From assembly GCA_963737065.1 (NCBI GenBank), contig CAVTRC010000002.1, forward strand, positions 352,001 to 416,000: DNA of 64,000 bases, given 5' to 3'. The position numbers were made by a program, and so were the translations under genes. Below, in pieces: positions 21,188 to 33,352 of the stretch (position 1 is its first letter; each line of letters starts with the position of its first letter). Source of the DNA: Candidatus Eremiobacteria bacterium. Its GTDB lineage: Bacteria; Vulcanimicrobiota; Vulcanimicrobiia; Vulcanimicrobiales; Vulcanimicrobiaceae. Under the pieces are notes generated by a model, which was not told the DNA's origin, did not search any database, and was given only the letters and a program-made list of their open reading frames with translations.

Positions 21188-21613
21188 ATGCCAATCGCGC
21201 TCAAAGAATCGCGTACGCGCACGTTCCACGGTACCAAGCGCCGCATCTTCCACTTGCTCGAAGAGATGGGAACGTCCGGCGACCAGATTTGGCCGTTCGC
21301 GTCGCAACCGTTCATGCGTTCGCCGGGGCCGCTCACACCGGAGAAAACCGAAGAATGGCATCTCGGCATCCATGCCGTGCTGAAGGATGTCGCGCCCGAA
21401 GAGCGGATCGTTTGGCGAATTTTGAACGACGGGGTAGAAGGAACGCACGGTTTCTATCTCTCGAGCGAGGGCAAAGAGACGGTGCTTGCATATCGCGTCG
21501 AAGCAATGCTGAGCGACACCGATGGACGCTTGCTCTGGAGGCGGTGGGAAGATTCATTCGACCGCTCGACGGAAGCGCTCTTCGATAAACTCGCTCGCGT
21601 TTTGAAAAGATAA
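21188..21613 (+). CDS. Hypothetical protein, SRPBCC/START-like
   Basis: PEERIVW...GTHGF...C-terminal helix pattern. Confidence 0.55.
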   Translation: MPIALKESRTRTFHGTKRRIFHLLEEMGTSGDQIWPFASQPFMRSPGPLTPEKTEEWHLGIHAVLKDVAPEERIVWRILNDGVEGTHGFYLSSEGKETVLAYRVEAMLSDTDGRLLWRRWEDSFDRSTEALFDKLARVLKR

Positions 21614-21630
21614 CAGCAAAGACGCCTACG

Positions 21631-22827
21631 ATGACGACGATTGCGAAGCATGCGAAAGCCGCTGCGCCGCCCGATGCCGTTGATTTCCTCGGCATCGATG
21701 CGCTGCTTTCAAATGAAGAGCGGCTCATTCGCGACACGGTTCGTTCGTTCGTGCGCGACCGGGTGTTGCCGAATATCGGCGAGTGGTTCGAAAAAGGATA
21801 TCTGCCGCGCGAACTTTCACGGGAACTTGGTCGACTCGGATTGCTCGGCATGCATTTGCACGGCTACGATTGTCCGGGCGCGAGCGCGGTGGCATACGGT
21901 CTCGCGTGCATGGAGTTGGAAGCGGGCGACAGCGGTGTTCGGAGCTTCGCATCGGTGCAAGGTTCGCTCGCCATGTACGCGATCTGTCGCTGGGGCAGCG
22001 ACGAACAGAAGCGGCAGTTTCTTCCGCGCATGACGCGCGGCGAACTGATCGGCTGCTTCGGATTGACCGAGCCGGATTTCGGCAGCAATCCGGGAGGCAT
22101 GCGTACGTTCGCGCGTCGTGATGGCGACGATTGGGTTCTCAACGGCACGAAGCTCTGGATCACAAACGGCTCGATCGCCGATATCGCGATCGTCTGGGCC
22201 AACACCGACGACGGTATTCGCGGCTTCATCGTCCCGAGCGACGCGAAGGGCTATACCAGCTCGGACATTCACCGCAAGATTTCCTTACGCGCATCGATCA
22301 CGAGCGAACTGGTGATGCAAGACGTGCGCCTTCCGTCGAACGCGCAATTGCCGCTTGCACAAGGCCTCAGCGGTCCGCTTGCGTGCTTGAACGAAGCGCG
22401 TTACGGAATCATCTGGGGATCGATGGGTGCTGCGCGGATGTGTTACGAAACGGCGCTGGACTATTCCAAAACGCGCGTACAGTTCGATCGCCCGGTCGGC
22501 GGCTTTCAAATCACGCAAGAAAAGCTTGCAAACATGCTGCTCGAGCTCGGTAAGGGCACGTTACTTGCACTGCATCTCGGGCGAAAGAAAGACGAAGGTA
22601 CGCTGCACTCGTCGCAAGTCAGCTTCGGCAAGCTGAACAACGTGCGCGAGGCGCTCGCGATTTGCCGTGAAGCGCGAACGATCTTGGGCGCAAACGGCGT
22701 CACGCTCGAATACCCGGTTATTCGTCACATGAACAACCTCGAGTCGGTCCTTACATACGAGGGGACGAGCGAAGTTCACACGTTGGTGATCGGTCAGCAG
22801 ATCACCGGGATCGCGGCGTTTACATAG
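21631..22827 (+). CDS. Acyl-CoA dehydrogenase (glutaryl-CoA dehydrogenase-like)
   Basis: GCFGLTEPDFGSNP, NGTKLWITN, TYEGT. Confidence 0.92.
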   Translation: MTTIAKHAKAAAPPDAVDFLGIDALLSNEERLIRDTVRSFVRDRVLPNIGEWFEKGYLPRELSRELGRLGLLGMHLHGYDCPGASAVAYGLACMELEAGDSGVRSFASVQGSLAMYAICRWGSDEQKRQFLPRMTRGELIGCFGLTEPDFGSNPGGMRTFARRDGDDWVLNGTKLWITNGSIADIAIVWANTDDGIRGFIVPSDAKGYTSSDIHRKISLRASITSELVMQDVRLPSNAQLPLAQGLSGPLACLNEARYGIIWGSMGAARMCYETALDYSKTRVQFDRPVGGFQITQEKLANMLLELGKGTLLALHLGRKKDEGTLHSSQVSFGKLNNVREALAICREARTILGANGVTLEYPVIRHMNNLESVLTYEGTSEVHTLVIGQQITGIAAFT

Positions 22828-22864
22828 CGCGAGTTCATTTCGATCGCCAGTCTTTCGTCACGCG

Positions 22865-24454
22865 TCAAAAACTCCAATCTGCGACATTCCAAAAGGGCGT
22901 CGTGACCGCGGCGCGTTCATTTTGCAGCGTCGCGGGAAACGTGTTGATCGAAACCGCTTGATACAGCGCGGCCATCGGAAGCTCGCGCGAAAGCACGCGC
23001 TCGATCTGCCGATACCGTATTGCGCGCGCTCCGCGATCGTACGGCAACACCGCGGCGCGCATCATCGTGTCGAGGCGCGGATTGCAGTAGCGCGCCTTGT
23101 TGAAACCATGCGGTGGGATGCGATTGCAGCCGAACTGATCGCGAACGTCGGGATCGAAGCCGTTCACGAACGGAAAGAGCGCGATTTGAAAAACGCCGCC
23201 GTAGAGGGGTCCATTGGGTGCGACGTACTCCCCGACCGCAAGCTCGTGGATAGCGATCGACACGCCGGCCGCTTTTGATTCGGCTTGGATCTGCGTCGCC
23301 ATGATGAGTGCGCTCGGTTTGTCGGCTCGAACGAGTAAATCGACCGCCAGCGCAACGCCGAAGCGGCGGCGAATACCGTCCGGCCCGCGATGCCAACCGG
23401 CGGCATCCAGCAGCCGTTGCGCCGAATGCGGATCGAATCGGGGCATCGCGTATGCTCGCGGGTCGTACGCCCACTGAAAGAGTCCGCGCCCGGGATCGCG
23501 GTCCCGATTCGGACCGAGCAACGACTTCCTCACGATGCTTCGAGTATCGAGCGCCGCAAGGATTGCGCGTCGAACGCGTGCGTCGGATAAGCGGGGATCT
23601 CGCGTATTGAAGATCAGCGCACCGGTACCGTCGATCGGAATTATTTCGGTTCTTGATTCCGGTAACGAGCGCAAGTCATCGTATTGTGCGTCGTCTGCGT
23701 TGACGTACGCATCGGCTTCACCCGCTCGAAGCATCTGCATGGCGGTCGTGGCGCTTGCGACGATGCGAATCGTCAGCGCTGAAATGCGAGCGCGGCCGGC
23801 ATAGTAGTAAGGATTTGCGCTAAGCTCCAAGCGATCGCCGCGCTGCCAGTGTCGCAGCATGTACGGGCCCGAGCCGAGGGGCGCGCCGTCCAGTATTGTG
23901 CCGCGCAGGTGAGCGTGTCCGCGGAGCAGACGCCGCGGCAGGATCGGCGTCGCGTTTCCGGGACCGCACAAATAGAGAACGATTGGAGCGTACGGTCGCC
24001 GCAACACGACTTTCACGGTGCGCGAATCGGGCGTCGTGACGGCCGCGACATCATCGTAGGCGACGCGAGTCGGAACGTCGCTTCCCTCGAACGCGATACG
24101 CGCGATCGTTTCCGCGACGTCGAACGATGTCACGCGAGATCCGTCGGAGAACCGCACGTCCCGGCGCAAATGAAAAGTGACGGTCCGGCCATCACCGCTG
24201 ATCCCGCCGTTTTGCCGGGTCGGCACCGCCGCCGCCGCGTCGGCGACGAGCCGCCCGCGGTCGTCGATCTTCACTAAATAGGAGTAGAGCAGCGCGCCCA
24301 GCTCCTGGCCGCCGACGCCGCTCACGAAGATCGGATCGAGCGTCGGAAAATCTTGCGTCTGCACGATTCGCAGACCGTCGTGGGGCGGTGGTGCCCGGTG
24401 CAACGAACAACTCACCAGCAGCGTAAGCGCTGCCGCCACCATCGGGAACCGCAT
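22865..24454 (-). CDS. Peptide ABC transporter substrate-binding lipoprotein (family 5)
   Basis: Lipobox LVSC; TFHLRRDVRFSDG, GSGPY motifs. Confidence 0.88.
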   Translation of the reverse strand: MRFPMVAAALTLLVSCSLHRAPPPHDGLRIVQTQDFPTLDPIFVSGVGGQELGALLYSYLVKIDDRGRLVADAAAAVPTRQNGGISGDGRTVTFHLRRDVRFSDGSRVTSFDVAETIARIAFEGSDVPTRVAYDDVAAVTTPDSRTVKVVLRRPYAPIVLYLCGPGNATPILPRRLLRGHAHLRGTILDGAPLGSGPYMLRHWQRGDRLELSANPYYYAGRARISALTIRIVASATTAMQMLRAGEADAYVNADDAQYDDLRSLPESRTEIIPIDGTGALIFNTRDPRLSDARVRRAILAALDTRSIVRKSLLGPNRDRDPGRGLFQWAYDPRAYAMPRFDPHSAQRLLDAAGWHRGPDGIRRRFGVALAVDLLVRADKPSALIMATQIQAESKAAGVSIAIHELAVGEYVAPNGPLYGGVFQIALFPFVNGFDPDVRDQFGCNRIPPHGFNKARYCNPRLDTMMRAAVLPYDRGARAIRYRQIERVLSRELPMAALYQAVSINTFPATLQNERAAVTTPFWNVADWSF

Positions 24455-24488
24455 CGAGCGCTGATTCATCCGCGTGCGCGATGAGGCC

Positions 24489-24517
24489 TTGACGTCGCGG
24501 GACGCGCTTGATAGACT
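24489..24517 (+). promoter_or_regulatory. Promoter of the rplC-led operon
   Basis: TTGACG-17-TAGACT about 170 nt upstream of rplC. Confidence 0.7.
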
Positions 24518-24686
24518 GCCGAGGTTGTGGTCCACACCGGTCCGCGGTTCTTTCCGCGTGCCGGTCAAAGAAACAACCAGTACGCCAGGACCCGTGTACT
24601 AGCGGATTTTTATAACCGAGCGGATTGGGCGAAGCCCAAACGCCACGGGTTCACCGAACGTGAACCCTGATAGGACGAGGATTCAA

Positions 24687-25328
24687 GTGAAAAACATCCT
24701 TGGCCGCAAGGTTGGGATGACGAGCGTGTTCACCGCTGACGGCCGGTACGTGCCGGCCACGGTGATCGAAGCCGGTCCCTGCACGGTCGTGGAGCGTCGC
24801 ACGAAAGAGAAGCACGGCTATGAGGCCGTGGCGCTCGGTTTCGGCGCGATCAAAAAAGCTCGCGTGACCAAAGCCCTTGCCGGACACTTTAAAAAGAACG
24901 ATGTCGAAGCGCTGCGCTTCGTGCGCGAATTCCGCAACGACATCGACGGCGTTGAAGCCGGGCAGACCATTACGGTCGCCGGATTCGAACCGGGCGATCG
25001 TGTTGACGTCGTCGGCATCTCGAAAGGTCACGGTTTCGCCGGCGGCATCAAGCGCCACAACTTCTCGGGCGGTGGCGCGAGTCACGGTTCGATGATTCAC
25101 CGCCAACCCGCATCCAACGGCGACACGAACGCCGGACGTACGGTGAAAGGGAGCCGTCGTCCGGGCCACTTCGGTGTCGACCGCACGACAATGCAAAACC
25201 TCGAAGTTATCCGCGCAGATGCCGAGCGGAACTTGCTGCTCGTTCGCGGACCGATTCCGGGGCCGAAGAACGCGCTCGTCGTCGTCAAGAAGAGCGTGAA
25301 GCCCGTAAAAGTGAAGGCGGGTGCGTAA
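24687..25328 (+). CDS. rplC: 50S ribosomal protein L3
   Basis: LGRKVGMT, SKGHGFAGGIKRH. Confidence 0.98.
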   Translation: MKNILGRKVGMTSVFTADGRYVPATVIEAGPCTVVERRTKEKHGYEAVALGFGAIKKARVTKALAGHFKKNDVEALRFVREFRNDIDGVEAGQTITVAGFEPGDRVDVVGISKGHGFAGGIKRHNFSGGGASHGSMIHRQPASNGDTNAGRTVKGSRRPGHFGVDRTTMQNLEVIRADAERNLLLVRGPIPGPKNALVVVKKSVKPVKVKAGA

Positions 25329-26023
25329 TGCCGGACGTTATTGACGCAACGGGTAAGGTGGTGCGCGAAGTCCAGACGCCCGCCGTTCTCGACAGAGATT
25401 ATTCCGAAAAAGCGCACACGGTGTTCCGCGCGGTCTATCGCGAACTGGCGAATCCGCGCGCAGGCACGGCTTCGACGAAGAAGCGCGACGAAGTTTCCGG
25501 CGGCGGCCGCAAGCCGTGGCGCCAAAAAGGGACGGGACGCGCGCGTCAAGGGTCGATTCGTTCACCGCAGTGGAAGCACGGCGGCGTCGTATTCGGACCA
25601 CAGCCGCGCAGCTTCGTCACCGACCTGAACAAGAAGGAGCGCAAGCTCGCGTTTATCGCGGCGCTCTCGGACCGTTTCCGCAACGGCGGCATTACGGTCC
25701 TCGACGCGGCGAGCTTCACGATGACCAAGACGGCCGATTTCGCAAAGCTCGTCTTCGGTTCGGCGAAAGACGCGAAGAAAGGGCCTACGACGCTCGTCGT
25801 CGTCGGGTTCAACGAGGACGGTGCCGATGCGATCCATCGCGTCGCGCGCAATCTGCGGAACGTCGGCGTCACGGACACCGGCGCGCTCGACGTGAAAGAC
25901 GTTCTGCGCTACGAGCGCATCATCTTCACGGCGAAGGCATTCGATGCATTGAACGCCTCGCTCGAAGCGGGCCCGACGGGCTCCGCCCGTGGGGGCGACT
26001 TGGGGGAGGGCAACGAGAAATAA
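25328..26023 (+). CDS. rplD: 50S ribosomal protein L4
   Basis: GGGRKPWRQKGTGRARQGSIRSP. Confidence 0.98.
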   Translation: MPDVIDATGKVVREVQTPAVLDRDYSEKAHTVFRAVYRELANPRAGTASTKKRDEVSGGGRKPWRQKGTGRARQGSIRSPQWKHGGVVFGPQPRSFVTDLNKKERKLAFIAALSDRFRNGGITVLDAASFTMTKTADFAKLVFGSAKDAKKGPTTLVVVGFNEDGADAIHRVARNLRNVGVTDTGALDVKDVLRYERIIFTAKAFDALNASLEAGPTGSARGGDLGEGNEK

Positions 26024-26331
26024 TGGACGCACGCGATGTGATTCTTTCGCCGCGCATTACGGAGAAGTCGATGGCAAACGCCCTCGGCACGCAGTACACG
26101 TTCGTCGTTCATCCGGATGCGACGAAGACGCAGATCCGCCACGCGATCGAAGATATCTTCGGCGTGAATGTGCTCAACGTCAATACCGTCAACGTGCGCG
26201 GTAAAGTCCGGAACTTCGCCCGTCGCGGCAACCGCACGAGCGGAAAGCAAAGCGACTTTAAGAAGGCAACCGTCACGCTCAAGCCCGGCCAAAAGATTGA
26301 ACTCGGCGGCGTGAATTATTTCGAGCAATGA
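26023..26331 (+). CDS. rplW: 50S ribosomal protein L23
   Basis: PRITEKS, ATKTQIR, KKATVTL. Confidence 0.97.
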   Translation: MDARDVILSPRITEKSMANALGTQYTFVVHPDATKTQIRHAIEDIFGVNVLNVNTVNVRGKVRNFARRGNRTSGKQSDFKKATVTLKPGQKIELGGVNYFEQ

Positions 26332-26364
26332 TTCGTATGCACGAATCGGAGATGAAACGTAACA

Positions 26365-27192
26365 ATGCCGGTTAAGAAATATCGTCCCACCAGCCCAGGC
26401 CGTCGCTTCGTCACGACGATGGACTTCTCGGATCTCTCGAACGTCGATCGCGAGAAGTCGCTGGTTGAAGTTCGCAAGAAGCATTCGGGCCGCAACAACA
26501 ACGGACACATCACCGTTCGCCACAAAGGCGGCGGCACGCGCAAGCAATATCGCATCATCGACTTCAAGCGGACCAAAGACGGCATTCCCGCCAAGGTTGC
26601 GACGGTCGAGTACGATCCGAATCGTTCCGCGCGCATCGCGCTGCTGCACTATCGCGACGGCGAGAAGCGGTACATCCTCGCGCCGCTGGGGCTCAAAGTC
26701 GGCGACGTCGTCGAATCCGGCAGCGGTGCGGACATCAAGCCCGGCAACTGCCTGCCGATCAGAAACATTCCGGTCGGTACCGTAATTCACAACATCGAGT
26801 TGCGTGCGGGTCAGGGCGGCAAGCTGGTTCGCTCCGCCGGCGTATCCGCGCAGCTGATGGCGAAGGAAAACGAGTACGCTCAAGTGCGCATGCCGTCGGG
26901 CGAAGTCCGCATGATTCACATCGAGTGCCGCGCGACGATCGGCCAGCTCGGGAACATCGAGCACGAAAACCAAGTTATCGGAAAAGCGGGACGCTCGCGT
27001 CACCTCGGTAAGCGCCCCGCGGTTCGCGGTATAGCGATGAACCCGGTCGATCACCCGCACGGTGGTGGTGAAGCGCGTTCGACGTCGGGCCGTCCGCCGA
27101 CTACGCCGTGGGGCCAGATGACGATGGGTAAGAAGACGCGCCGTAACAAGCAGACGACGAAGTTCATCGTTCGTAAGCGAGGTTCGAAATAG
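26365..27192 (+). CDS. rplB: 50S ribosomal protein L2
   Basis: [24 protein letters not shown]. Confidence 0.99.
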   Translation: MPVKKYRPTSPGRRFVTTMDFSDLSNVDREKSLVEVRKKHSGRNNNGHITVRHKGGGTRKQYRIIDFKRTKDGIPAKVATVEYDPNRSARIALLHYRDGEKRYILAPLGLKVGDVVESGSGADIKPGNCLPIRNIPVGTVIHNIELRAGQGGKLVRSAGVSAQLMAKENEYAQVRMPSGEVRMIHIECRATIGQLGNIEHENQVIGKAGRSRHLGKRPAVRGIAMNPVDHPHGGGEARSTSGRPPTTPWGQMTMGKKTRRNKQTTKFIVRKRGSK

Positions 27193-27208
27193 AATGACGA
27201 TTGTTAGC

Positions 27209-27313
27209 GTTTTTGCGGCTGGTTGCCGTGCAGCGCGAGGCGCGAAGAGCGCCGCGTGCTATGGCACGCAAGCGATGAGCAACGAAGCGATGTACGGGAA
27301 GCAGGCGTAAAAC
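27209..27313 (+). repeat. Structured repeat family 1, copy B (rplB-rpsS spacer)
   Basis: Outer stem plus AGGCG...GCGTGC-tatg-GCACGC...CAACG core. Confidence 0.55.
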
Positions 27314-27589
27314 ATGGGGCGTTCGCTAAAGAAAGGTCCCTTCGTTGCGGACCATCTTCTGCAGAAGGTCGAGAGACTCAATGAAACGCGCGAGAAGCGC
27401 GTTATCAAGACGTGGAGCCGCGCTTCGGTGATCGTTCCGCAAATGGTCGGTCACACGATCGGCGTACATAACGGCAAAGCGCACGTGCCGGTCTACGTGA
27501 CGGAAAACATGGTTGGCCACAAGCTCGGTGAATTTGCGCCCACGCGGCACTTCCGCGGTCATGGTGGCGATAAGGCGGGTGTGAAGTAA
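27314..27589 (+). CDS. rpsS: 30S ribosomal protein S19
   Basis: [21 protein letters not shown]. Confidence 0.99.
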   Translation: MGRSLKKGPFVADHLLQKVERLNETREKRVIKTWSRASVIVPQMVGHTIGVHNGKAHVPVYVTENMVGHKLGEFAPTRHFRGHGGDKAGVK

Positions 27590-28095
27590 TGGCCGAACAG
27601 GTTGCCGCACAACAACAAGCGGTCGCGCATCTCAAGTTCGTGCGCATGGGGCCGCGCAAATTGCGCCGCGTCGCGGATGCGATTCGCGGCAAGAGCGTAC
27701 GCGAAGCGCTCGTCATGCTGCAGTTCGCGGGCGTGTACGCGGCAGAGCCGATCGAAAAGCTCGTGCGCAGCGCTGTTGCAAACGCGGGCAACAACCACGA
27801 CATGAACACCGACGATCTGTACATCACGCGGATTACGGTCGATGGCGGCCCCGGCGGTCGCTTCACCAAACGCCTGGACCCGCGTGCTCAAGGACGCGCG
27901 TACTTCAAGCGCAAGCGTCTCTCGCACGTGACGGTCGTCGTCAGTGAAACGCCTCCGCAGAAGAAACGCAAGGTTCGCGCTGGTGCAAGCGTCTCCACGA
28001 AGCGCGCGACGGCGTCCGCAGCGCGTCGCGCAAACACGAGACGCGCAACGGCGGCAGCGGGGGCTGGTCGTCCTTCGACCCGCGCTCGGGATTAA
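27589..28095 (+). CDS. rplV: 50S ribosomal protein L22 with basic C-terminal extension
   Basis: [26 protein letters not shown]. Confidence 0.97.
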   Translation: MAEQVAAQQQAVAHLKFVRMGPRKLRRVADAIRGKSVREALVMLQFAGVYAAEPIEKLVRSAVANAGNNHDMNTDDLYITRITVDGGPGGRFTKRLDPRAQGRAYFKRKRLSHVTVVVSETPPQKKRKVRAGASVSTKRATASAARRANTRRATAAAGAGRPSTRARD

Positions 28096-28106
28096 AAGGT
28101 AACTAT

Positions 28107-28979
<873 letters not shown>

Positions 28980-28981
28980 CG

Positions 28982-29398
28982 ATGCTCACGCCAAAGCGAG
29001 TCAAATGGCGCAAAGTGCAGCGCGGCCGCATGACCGGACGCGCGCTCCGCGGCAGCACGCTCACGTTCGGCGAGTTCGGTCTGCAGGCACTCGAGCCGTG
29101 CTGGATGACGAACCGCCAGATCGAAGCGGCGCGTATTGCAATGACGCGTCACATCAAGCGCGGCGGTAAGGTGTGGATCAAGGTGTTCCCGGACAAGCCG
29201 GTCACGAAGAAGCCCGCCGAAGTGCGCATGGGCGCCGGTAAAGGGAATCCGGAGTTCTGGGTCGCGGTCGTGCGTCCGGGGCGCGTGCTCTTCGAACTCT
29301 CCGGTGTTGCGCCGGATGTCGCGAAAGAAGCGCTGCGTCTTGCGGCTGCAAAGCTGCCGATCGGAACAAAGATCGTTACGCGCGAGGAGGGCGCATGA
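28982..29398 (+). CDS. rplP: 50S ribosomal protein L16
   Basis: [16 protein letters not shown]. Confidence 0.99.
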   Translation: MLTPKRVKWRKVQRGRMTGRALRGSTLTFGEFGLQALEPCWMTNRQIEAARIAMTRHIKRGGKVWIKVFPDKPVTKKPAEVRMGAGKGNPEFWVAVVRPGRVLFELSGVAPDVAKEALRLAAAKLPIGTKIVTREEGA

Positions 29399-29616
29399 AG
29401 AAAGGCGAGCTGAACGAACTGCGCGGTCTCACGGTGGCCGAGCTCCGGCAAAAAGCGCGCGACACGAAGTCGGAACTGTTCAATTTGCGTTTCGCGCTTC
29501 GCACGGGCCACCTGACCGACTTCAGTAAGATCAAAGAGATGCGCCGCGCCTACGCGCAAATTCAGACCGTTATTTCAGAGAAGAAGATGGCAGAGGATCA
29601 GCATGGAGCAGCGTAA
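29395..29616 (+). CDS. rpmC: 50S ribosomal protein L29
   Basis: ELFNLRF motif; synteny. Confidence 0.95.
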   Translation: MKKGELNELRGLTVAELRQKARDTKSELFNLRFALRTGHLTDFSKIKEMRRAYAQIQTVISEKKMAEDQHGAA

Positions 29617-29905
29617 CGATTCGTTTGATGAGCGCGCGGCAAGTTCGTCGGACCGTGTCGTCAACCGGCGCGTGAAACAGGGGCGCGTCGCCTCTAACAA
29701 GATGGACAAGACGATCGTCGTGGTCACGGAAACGCGCGTTCCGCACGGTGCGTACGGCAAGATCGTTCGCAAGTCGACGCGTTTCAAAGCGCACGACGAG
29801 CAAAACGAAGCCAATATCGGCGACATCGTCCGCATCATGGAATGCCGGCCGCTCAGCCGCGACAAGCGTTGGCGCCTTGTTGAAATTGTAGAAAGGGCGA
29901 AGTAG
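29603..29905 (+). CDS. rpsQ: 30S ribosomal protein S17
   Basis: [21 protein letters not shown]. Confidence 0.98.
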   Translation: MEQRNDSFDERAASSSDRVVNRRVKQGRVASNKMDKTIVVVTETRVPHGAYGKIVRKSTRFKAHDEQNEANIGDIVRIMECRPLSRDKRWRLVEIVERAK

Positions 29906-29987
29906 GGAAGATTTTCGGCAGACGATGTGTTCTGGATCTCAGGACAAATCGATGACGAAGAGTTGACCTGAAAGGCAGAACAAAGCA

Positions 29988-30365
29988 ATGATTCAGCAAG
30001 AAACACGGTTAAAAGTAGCCGACAACTCGGGCGCCCGCGAGCTGCTGGTGATCCACATCAGCGGCGGAAGCCGTCACAACTACGCGCACGTCGGAGACAT
30101 CGTCATAGGGACGGTAAAAAGCGCCATTCCCGGTGCGGCCGTGAAAAAAGGCCAAGTGGTGAAGGCCGTGATCGTTCGGACGTCGGCCCCGATCCGCCGT
30201 GCCGACGGTTCCGTCGTGCGCTGCGACGACAATGCGTGCGTCATCATCAAGGGCGACAAGGATAACCTCGATCCGCGCGGCACGCGCGTGTTCGGACCGG
30301 TCATGCGCGAACTGCGCGACCGCGGTTTCCTCAAGATTGCCTCGCTCGCACCGGAGGTGCTCTAA
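29988..30365 (+). CDS. rplN: 50S ribosomal protein L14
   Basis: [23 protein letters not shown]. Confidence 0.99.
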   Translation: MIQQETRLKVADNSGARELLVIHISGGSRHNYAHVGDIVIGTVKSAIPGAAVKKGQVVKAVIVRTSAPIRRADGSVVRCDDNACVIIKGDKDNLDPRGTRVFGPVMRELRDRGFLKIASLAPEVL

Positions 30366-30366
30366 C

Positions 30367-30723
30367 GTGAGCAAGCCGTTCATCGTTAAAGGCGACACCG
30401 TAATGATTCGTCGCGGCAAAGAGAAGGGCAAGCGCGGTACGGTCAAGGCCGTGTTTCCCGATCAACGGCTCGCGACCGTCGAAGGTCTGAACATCGTGAA
30501 GCGTCACACGAAGCAGGGTCAGCAGAGCGGTAACATGGGTGCCGCTCAAAGCGGCGGTATCGTTGAGAAAGAGAACCCGCTGCCGATTTCGGCGCTGCAA
30601 TATGTGTGCGAGAAATGCAAAACCCCGACGCGCCTGCGTCACGGGCGTACGCCGGATGGCATCGCGCATCGCGTCTGCGTGAAGTGCAACGAACCGGCGC
30701 GCGAATCGGCAAAGGGAGCGTAG
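30367..30723 (+). CDS. rplX: 50S ribosomal protein L24
   Basis: KGDTV...[11 protein letters not shown] motif, GGIVEKE. Confidence 0.97.
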   Translation: MSKPFIVKGDTVMIRRGKEKGKRGTVKAVFPDQRLATVEGLNIVKRHTKQGQQSGNMGAAQSGGIVEKENPLPISALQYVCEKCKTPTRLRHGRTPDGIAHRVCVKCNEPARESAKGA

Positions 30724-30727
30724 CGAC

Positions 30728-31279
30728 GTGGCAACGCGTTTAAAAGATAAATACCAGAGCGACGTTCGCAAACGACTGCAGGATAAGTTTGGATACACGA
30801 ACGTCAACCAGATTCCGCAGCTGGAAAAAGTCGTGATCAACATGTCGGTCGGCGACGCCATCACGAATGCGAAGGCGCTCGATGCGGCCGTCTCCGAGCT
30901 CGCGACGATCAGCGGTCAGAAGCCGGTCGTAACGAAGGCGAAGAAATCGATCGCGGCGTTCAAGCTGCGCGAGGGGATGAACATCGGCGCCAAGGTGACG
31001 CTCCGCGGCGACCGCATGTACATCTTCCTCGACAAACTGTTCAACATCGTGCTTCCGCGTATCCGCGACTTCCGCGGTCTTCCGGCGAAGTCATTCGATG
31101 GGCGCGGCAACTACAACATGGGCCTACGCGAACAGCTCGTTTTCCCGGAGATCAACTTCGACAAGGTCGACAAGGCGCGCGGCATGGACATTACGATCGT
31201 CACGACGGCAAAATCGGACGAAGAAGCGAGCGAGTTTCTCACGGCGATGGGACTGCCGCTGCGAAAGGGCAATGCATAA
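30728..31279 (+). CDS. rplE: 50S ribosomal protein L5
   Basis: [19 protein letters not shown]. Confidence 0.99.
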   Translation: MATRLKDKYQSDVRKRLQDKFGYTNVNQIPQLEKVVINMSVGDAITNAKALDAAVSELATISGQKPVVTKAKKSIAAFKLREGMNIGAKVTLRGDRMYIFLDKLFNIVLPRIRDFRGLPAKSFDGRGNYNMGLREQLVFPEINFDKVDKARGMDITIVTTAKSDEEASEFLTAMGLPLRKGNA

Positions 31280-31464
31280 TGGCAAAAACGAGCATGATCG
31301 TTAAATCGGAACGGAAGCCGAAGTTCGGCGTGCGCCAGCACAACCGTTGCAAAATCTGCGGACGCCCGCGCGGCTATCTGCGCAAGTTTGCGTTGTGCCG
31401 CATTTGCTTCCGTGAGAACGCGCACAAAGGCGTCGTTCCGGGCGTCACCAAGGCGAGCTGGTAA
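31279..31464 (+). CDS. rpsZ: 30S ribosomal protein S14, Zn-binding type Z
   Basis: 61 aa, CKIC...[12 protein letters not shown]. Confidence 0.97.
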   Translation: MAKTSMIVKSERKPKFGVRQHNRCKICGRPRGYLRKFALCRICFRENAHKGVVPGVTKASW

Positions 31465-31479
31465 GGAGAGGAGACGAGA

Positions 31480-31881
31480 ATGGCTGCAATCACCGATCCC
31501 GTCGCTGACCTGCTGACGCGCATTCGCAACGCCAACACGGCGAACCACAAGACGGTCGACGTGCCGGCGTCGCGCGTGAAGAAGGCGATCTCGCAGATTC
31601 TCAAAGATGAAGGTTTCATCGACGATTTCGAGCGCCTCAACGAAGGACCGCAAGGCACGATCCGGATCAAACTCAAGTACGGACCCGAAAAAGAAAAGAT
31701 CATCACCGGTCTGCGCCGCATCTCGCGTCCCGGTTTGCGCGTCTACACGGGCAAGACGGAAATTCCGCGTGTGCTCGGCGGTCTGGGTCTCGTTATCATG
31801 TCAACTTCGCAGGGAATCATGTCCGGCAAACGAGCGAAGAAGCTCGGCGTCGGCGGTGAAGTCCTCGCGTACGTGTGGTGA
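31480..31881 (+). CDS. rpsH: 30S ribosomal protein S8
   Basis: [30 protein letters not shown]. Confidence 0.99.
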   Translation: MAAITDPVADLLTRIRNANTANHKTVDVPASRVKKAISQILKDEGFIDDFERLNEGPQGTIRIKLKYGPEKEKIITGLRRISRPGLRVYTGKTEIPRVLGGLGLVIMSTSQGIMSGKRAKKLGVGGEVLAYVW

Positions 31882-31887
31882 ATTTGC

Positions 31888-32439
31888 ATGTCACGTATTG
31901 GTAAATTGCCGATTGCGGTTCCGAGCGACGTCAACGTCACGCTCAGCGACGGCGAAGTCGTCGTCAAAGGGCCGAAGGGCGAACTGCACAGCACTATCCT
32001 CAAGCAAGTCGTCGACGTCAAAGTCGAAGACGGCAGGGTGATCGTGGAGCGCAGGGGAGATGCGAAACCGCATCGTTCCGCGCACGGTTTGACGCGGACG
32101 CTCATCAACAACATGGTCGAAGGCGTCAGCAAGGGGTTTCGTAAGAGCCTCGAGATTCAGGGCGTCGGTTTTCGTGCCGCGAAGTCGGGCGAGAAACTCA
32201 ACCTGAGCCTCGGCTACTCGCACCCCGTCGTGTTCGAACCGCCGACCGGCATTACGCTCTCGATCGAAGGCACCAACAAAATCCACGTCGACGGCATCGA
32301 CAAACAACAGGTCGGTCAAGTCGCTGCGGAAATCCGTAAGCTCCGTCCGCCGGAGCCGTATAAGGGGAAAGGCGTTCGCTACGCGGGCGAAGTGATCCGC
32401 AAGAAGCTCGGCAAGGCCGGAAAGGCAGGGAAAAAGTAA
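31888..32439 (+). CDS. rplF: 50S ribosomal protein L6
   Basis: [16 protein letters not shown]. Confidence 0.99.
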   Translation: MSRIGKLPIAVPSDVNVTLSDGEVVVKGPKGELHSTILKQVVDVKVEDGRVIVERRGDAKPHRSAHGLTRTLINNMVEGVSKGFRKSLEIQGVGFRAAKSGEKLNLSLGYSHPVVFEPPTGITLSIEGTNKIHVDGIDKQQVGQVAAEIRKLRPPEPYKGKGVRYAGEVIRKKLGKAGKAGKK

Positions 32440-32804
32440 TGGCGCGCCTCTCCAAAGACGTCAAACGTCACGCGCGCCACGAGCGCCTGCGAAAGAAGGT
32501 CGCCGGAACCGAGCAGTGTCCGCGGTTGATGGTGCGGCGTACGCTGCACCACATCTATGCAACGCTCGTAGACGATGCAAAGGGACACACGCTCGTCGCC
32601 GCGTCGACGCGCGACAAATCCGTGTCCGACCCGCTCGAGTCGAACACCAACACCGATGCGGCGAAGGCCGTCGGAGCAGCGATTGCTGCGAAGGCGAAGA
32701 CCGCAGGCATCAACGACGTCGTGTTCGATCGCGGCGGATACAAATATCACGGACGTGTGCAAGCACTCGCCGATGCGGCGCGTGAAGCGGGGCTTAACTT
32801 CTAA
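32439..32804 (+). CDS. rplR: 50S ribosomal protein L18
   Basis: [14 protein letters not shown]...AREAGL. Confidence 0.98.
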   Translation: MARLSKDVKRHARHERLRKKVAGTEQCPRLMVRRTLHHIYATLVDDAKGHTLVAASTRDKSVSDPLESNTNTDAAKAVGAAIAAKAKTAGINDVVFDRGGYKYHGRVQALADAAREAGLNF

Positions 32805-33319
32805 TGCAATATCGTGGTGGCGGTCGCGAACGCGACAACAGTGGATTTGAAGAAACGGTCGTGCGCGTAAACCGCGTCGCGAAGGTCGTCAAGGGCGGGA
32901 AGCGGTTCAGCTTCAGCGCACTCGTCGTGGTCGGCGATCGCAAAGGCAAGGTCGGTTTTGCGATCGGCAAAGCGGGCGAAGTGCCGGAAGCGATTCGCAA
33001 AGCTGTCGAGCAGGCGAAGAAGAGCCTCGTGACCGTGCCGATGGTGGAAAAAACGATCCCACATCAAGTCAACATGACGGTCGGATCGGCGAAGGTTCTG
33101 CTCAAGCCGGCCGCGCCCGGCACCGGCGTCATCGCCGGCGGTTCGATGCGCGCGGTACTGGAGCTCGCCGGCATCCACGACATTCTGACGAAGTCGCTCG
33201 GAACGAACAATCCGATCAACGTGGTGCTCGCAACGATCGAAGCGCTTCGGTCACTCAAGACGGCCGAACAAGTCGCAAGCCTGCGTGGCAAAACCGTCAA
33301 AGAAATCTTTGCCGCTTAG
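32804..33319 (+). CDS. rpsE: 30S ribosomal protein S5
   Basis: [23 protein letters not shown]. Confidence 0.99.
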   Translation: MQYRGGGRERDNSGFEETVVRVNRVAKVVKGGKRFSFSALVVVGDRKGKVGFAIGKAGEVPEAIRKAVEQAKKSLVTVPMVEKTIPHQVNMTVGSAKVLLKPAAPGTGVIAGGSMRAVLELAGIHDILTKSLGTNNPINVVLATIEALRSLKTAEQVASLRGKTVKEIFAA

Positions 33320-33352
33320 CACGCGAGGGCGAAGACCTCAGTAAGGAACATC

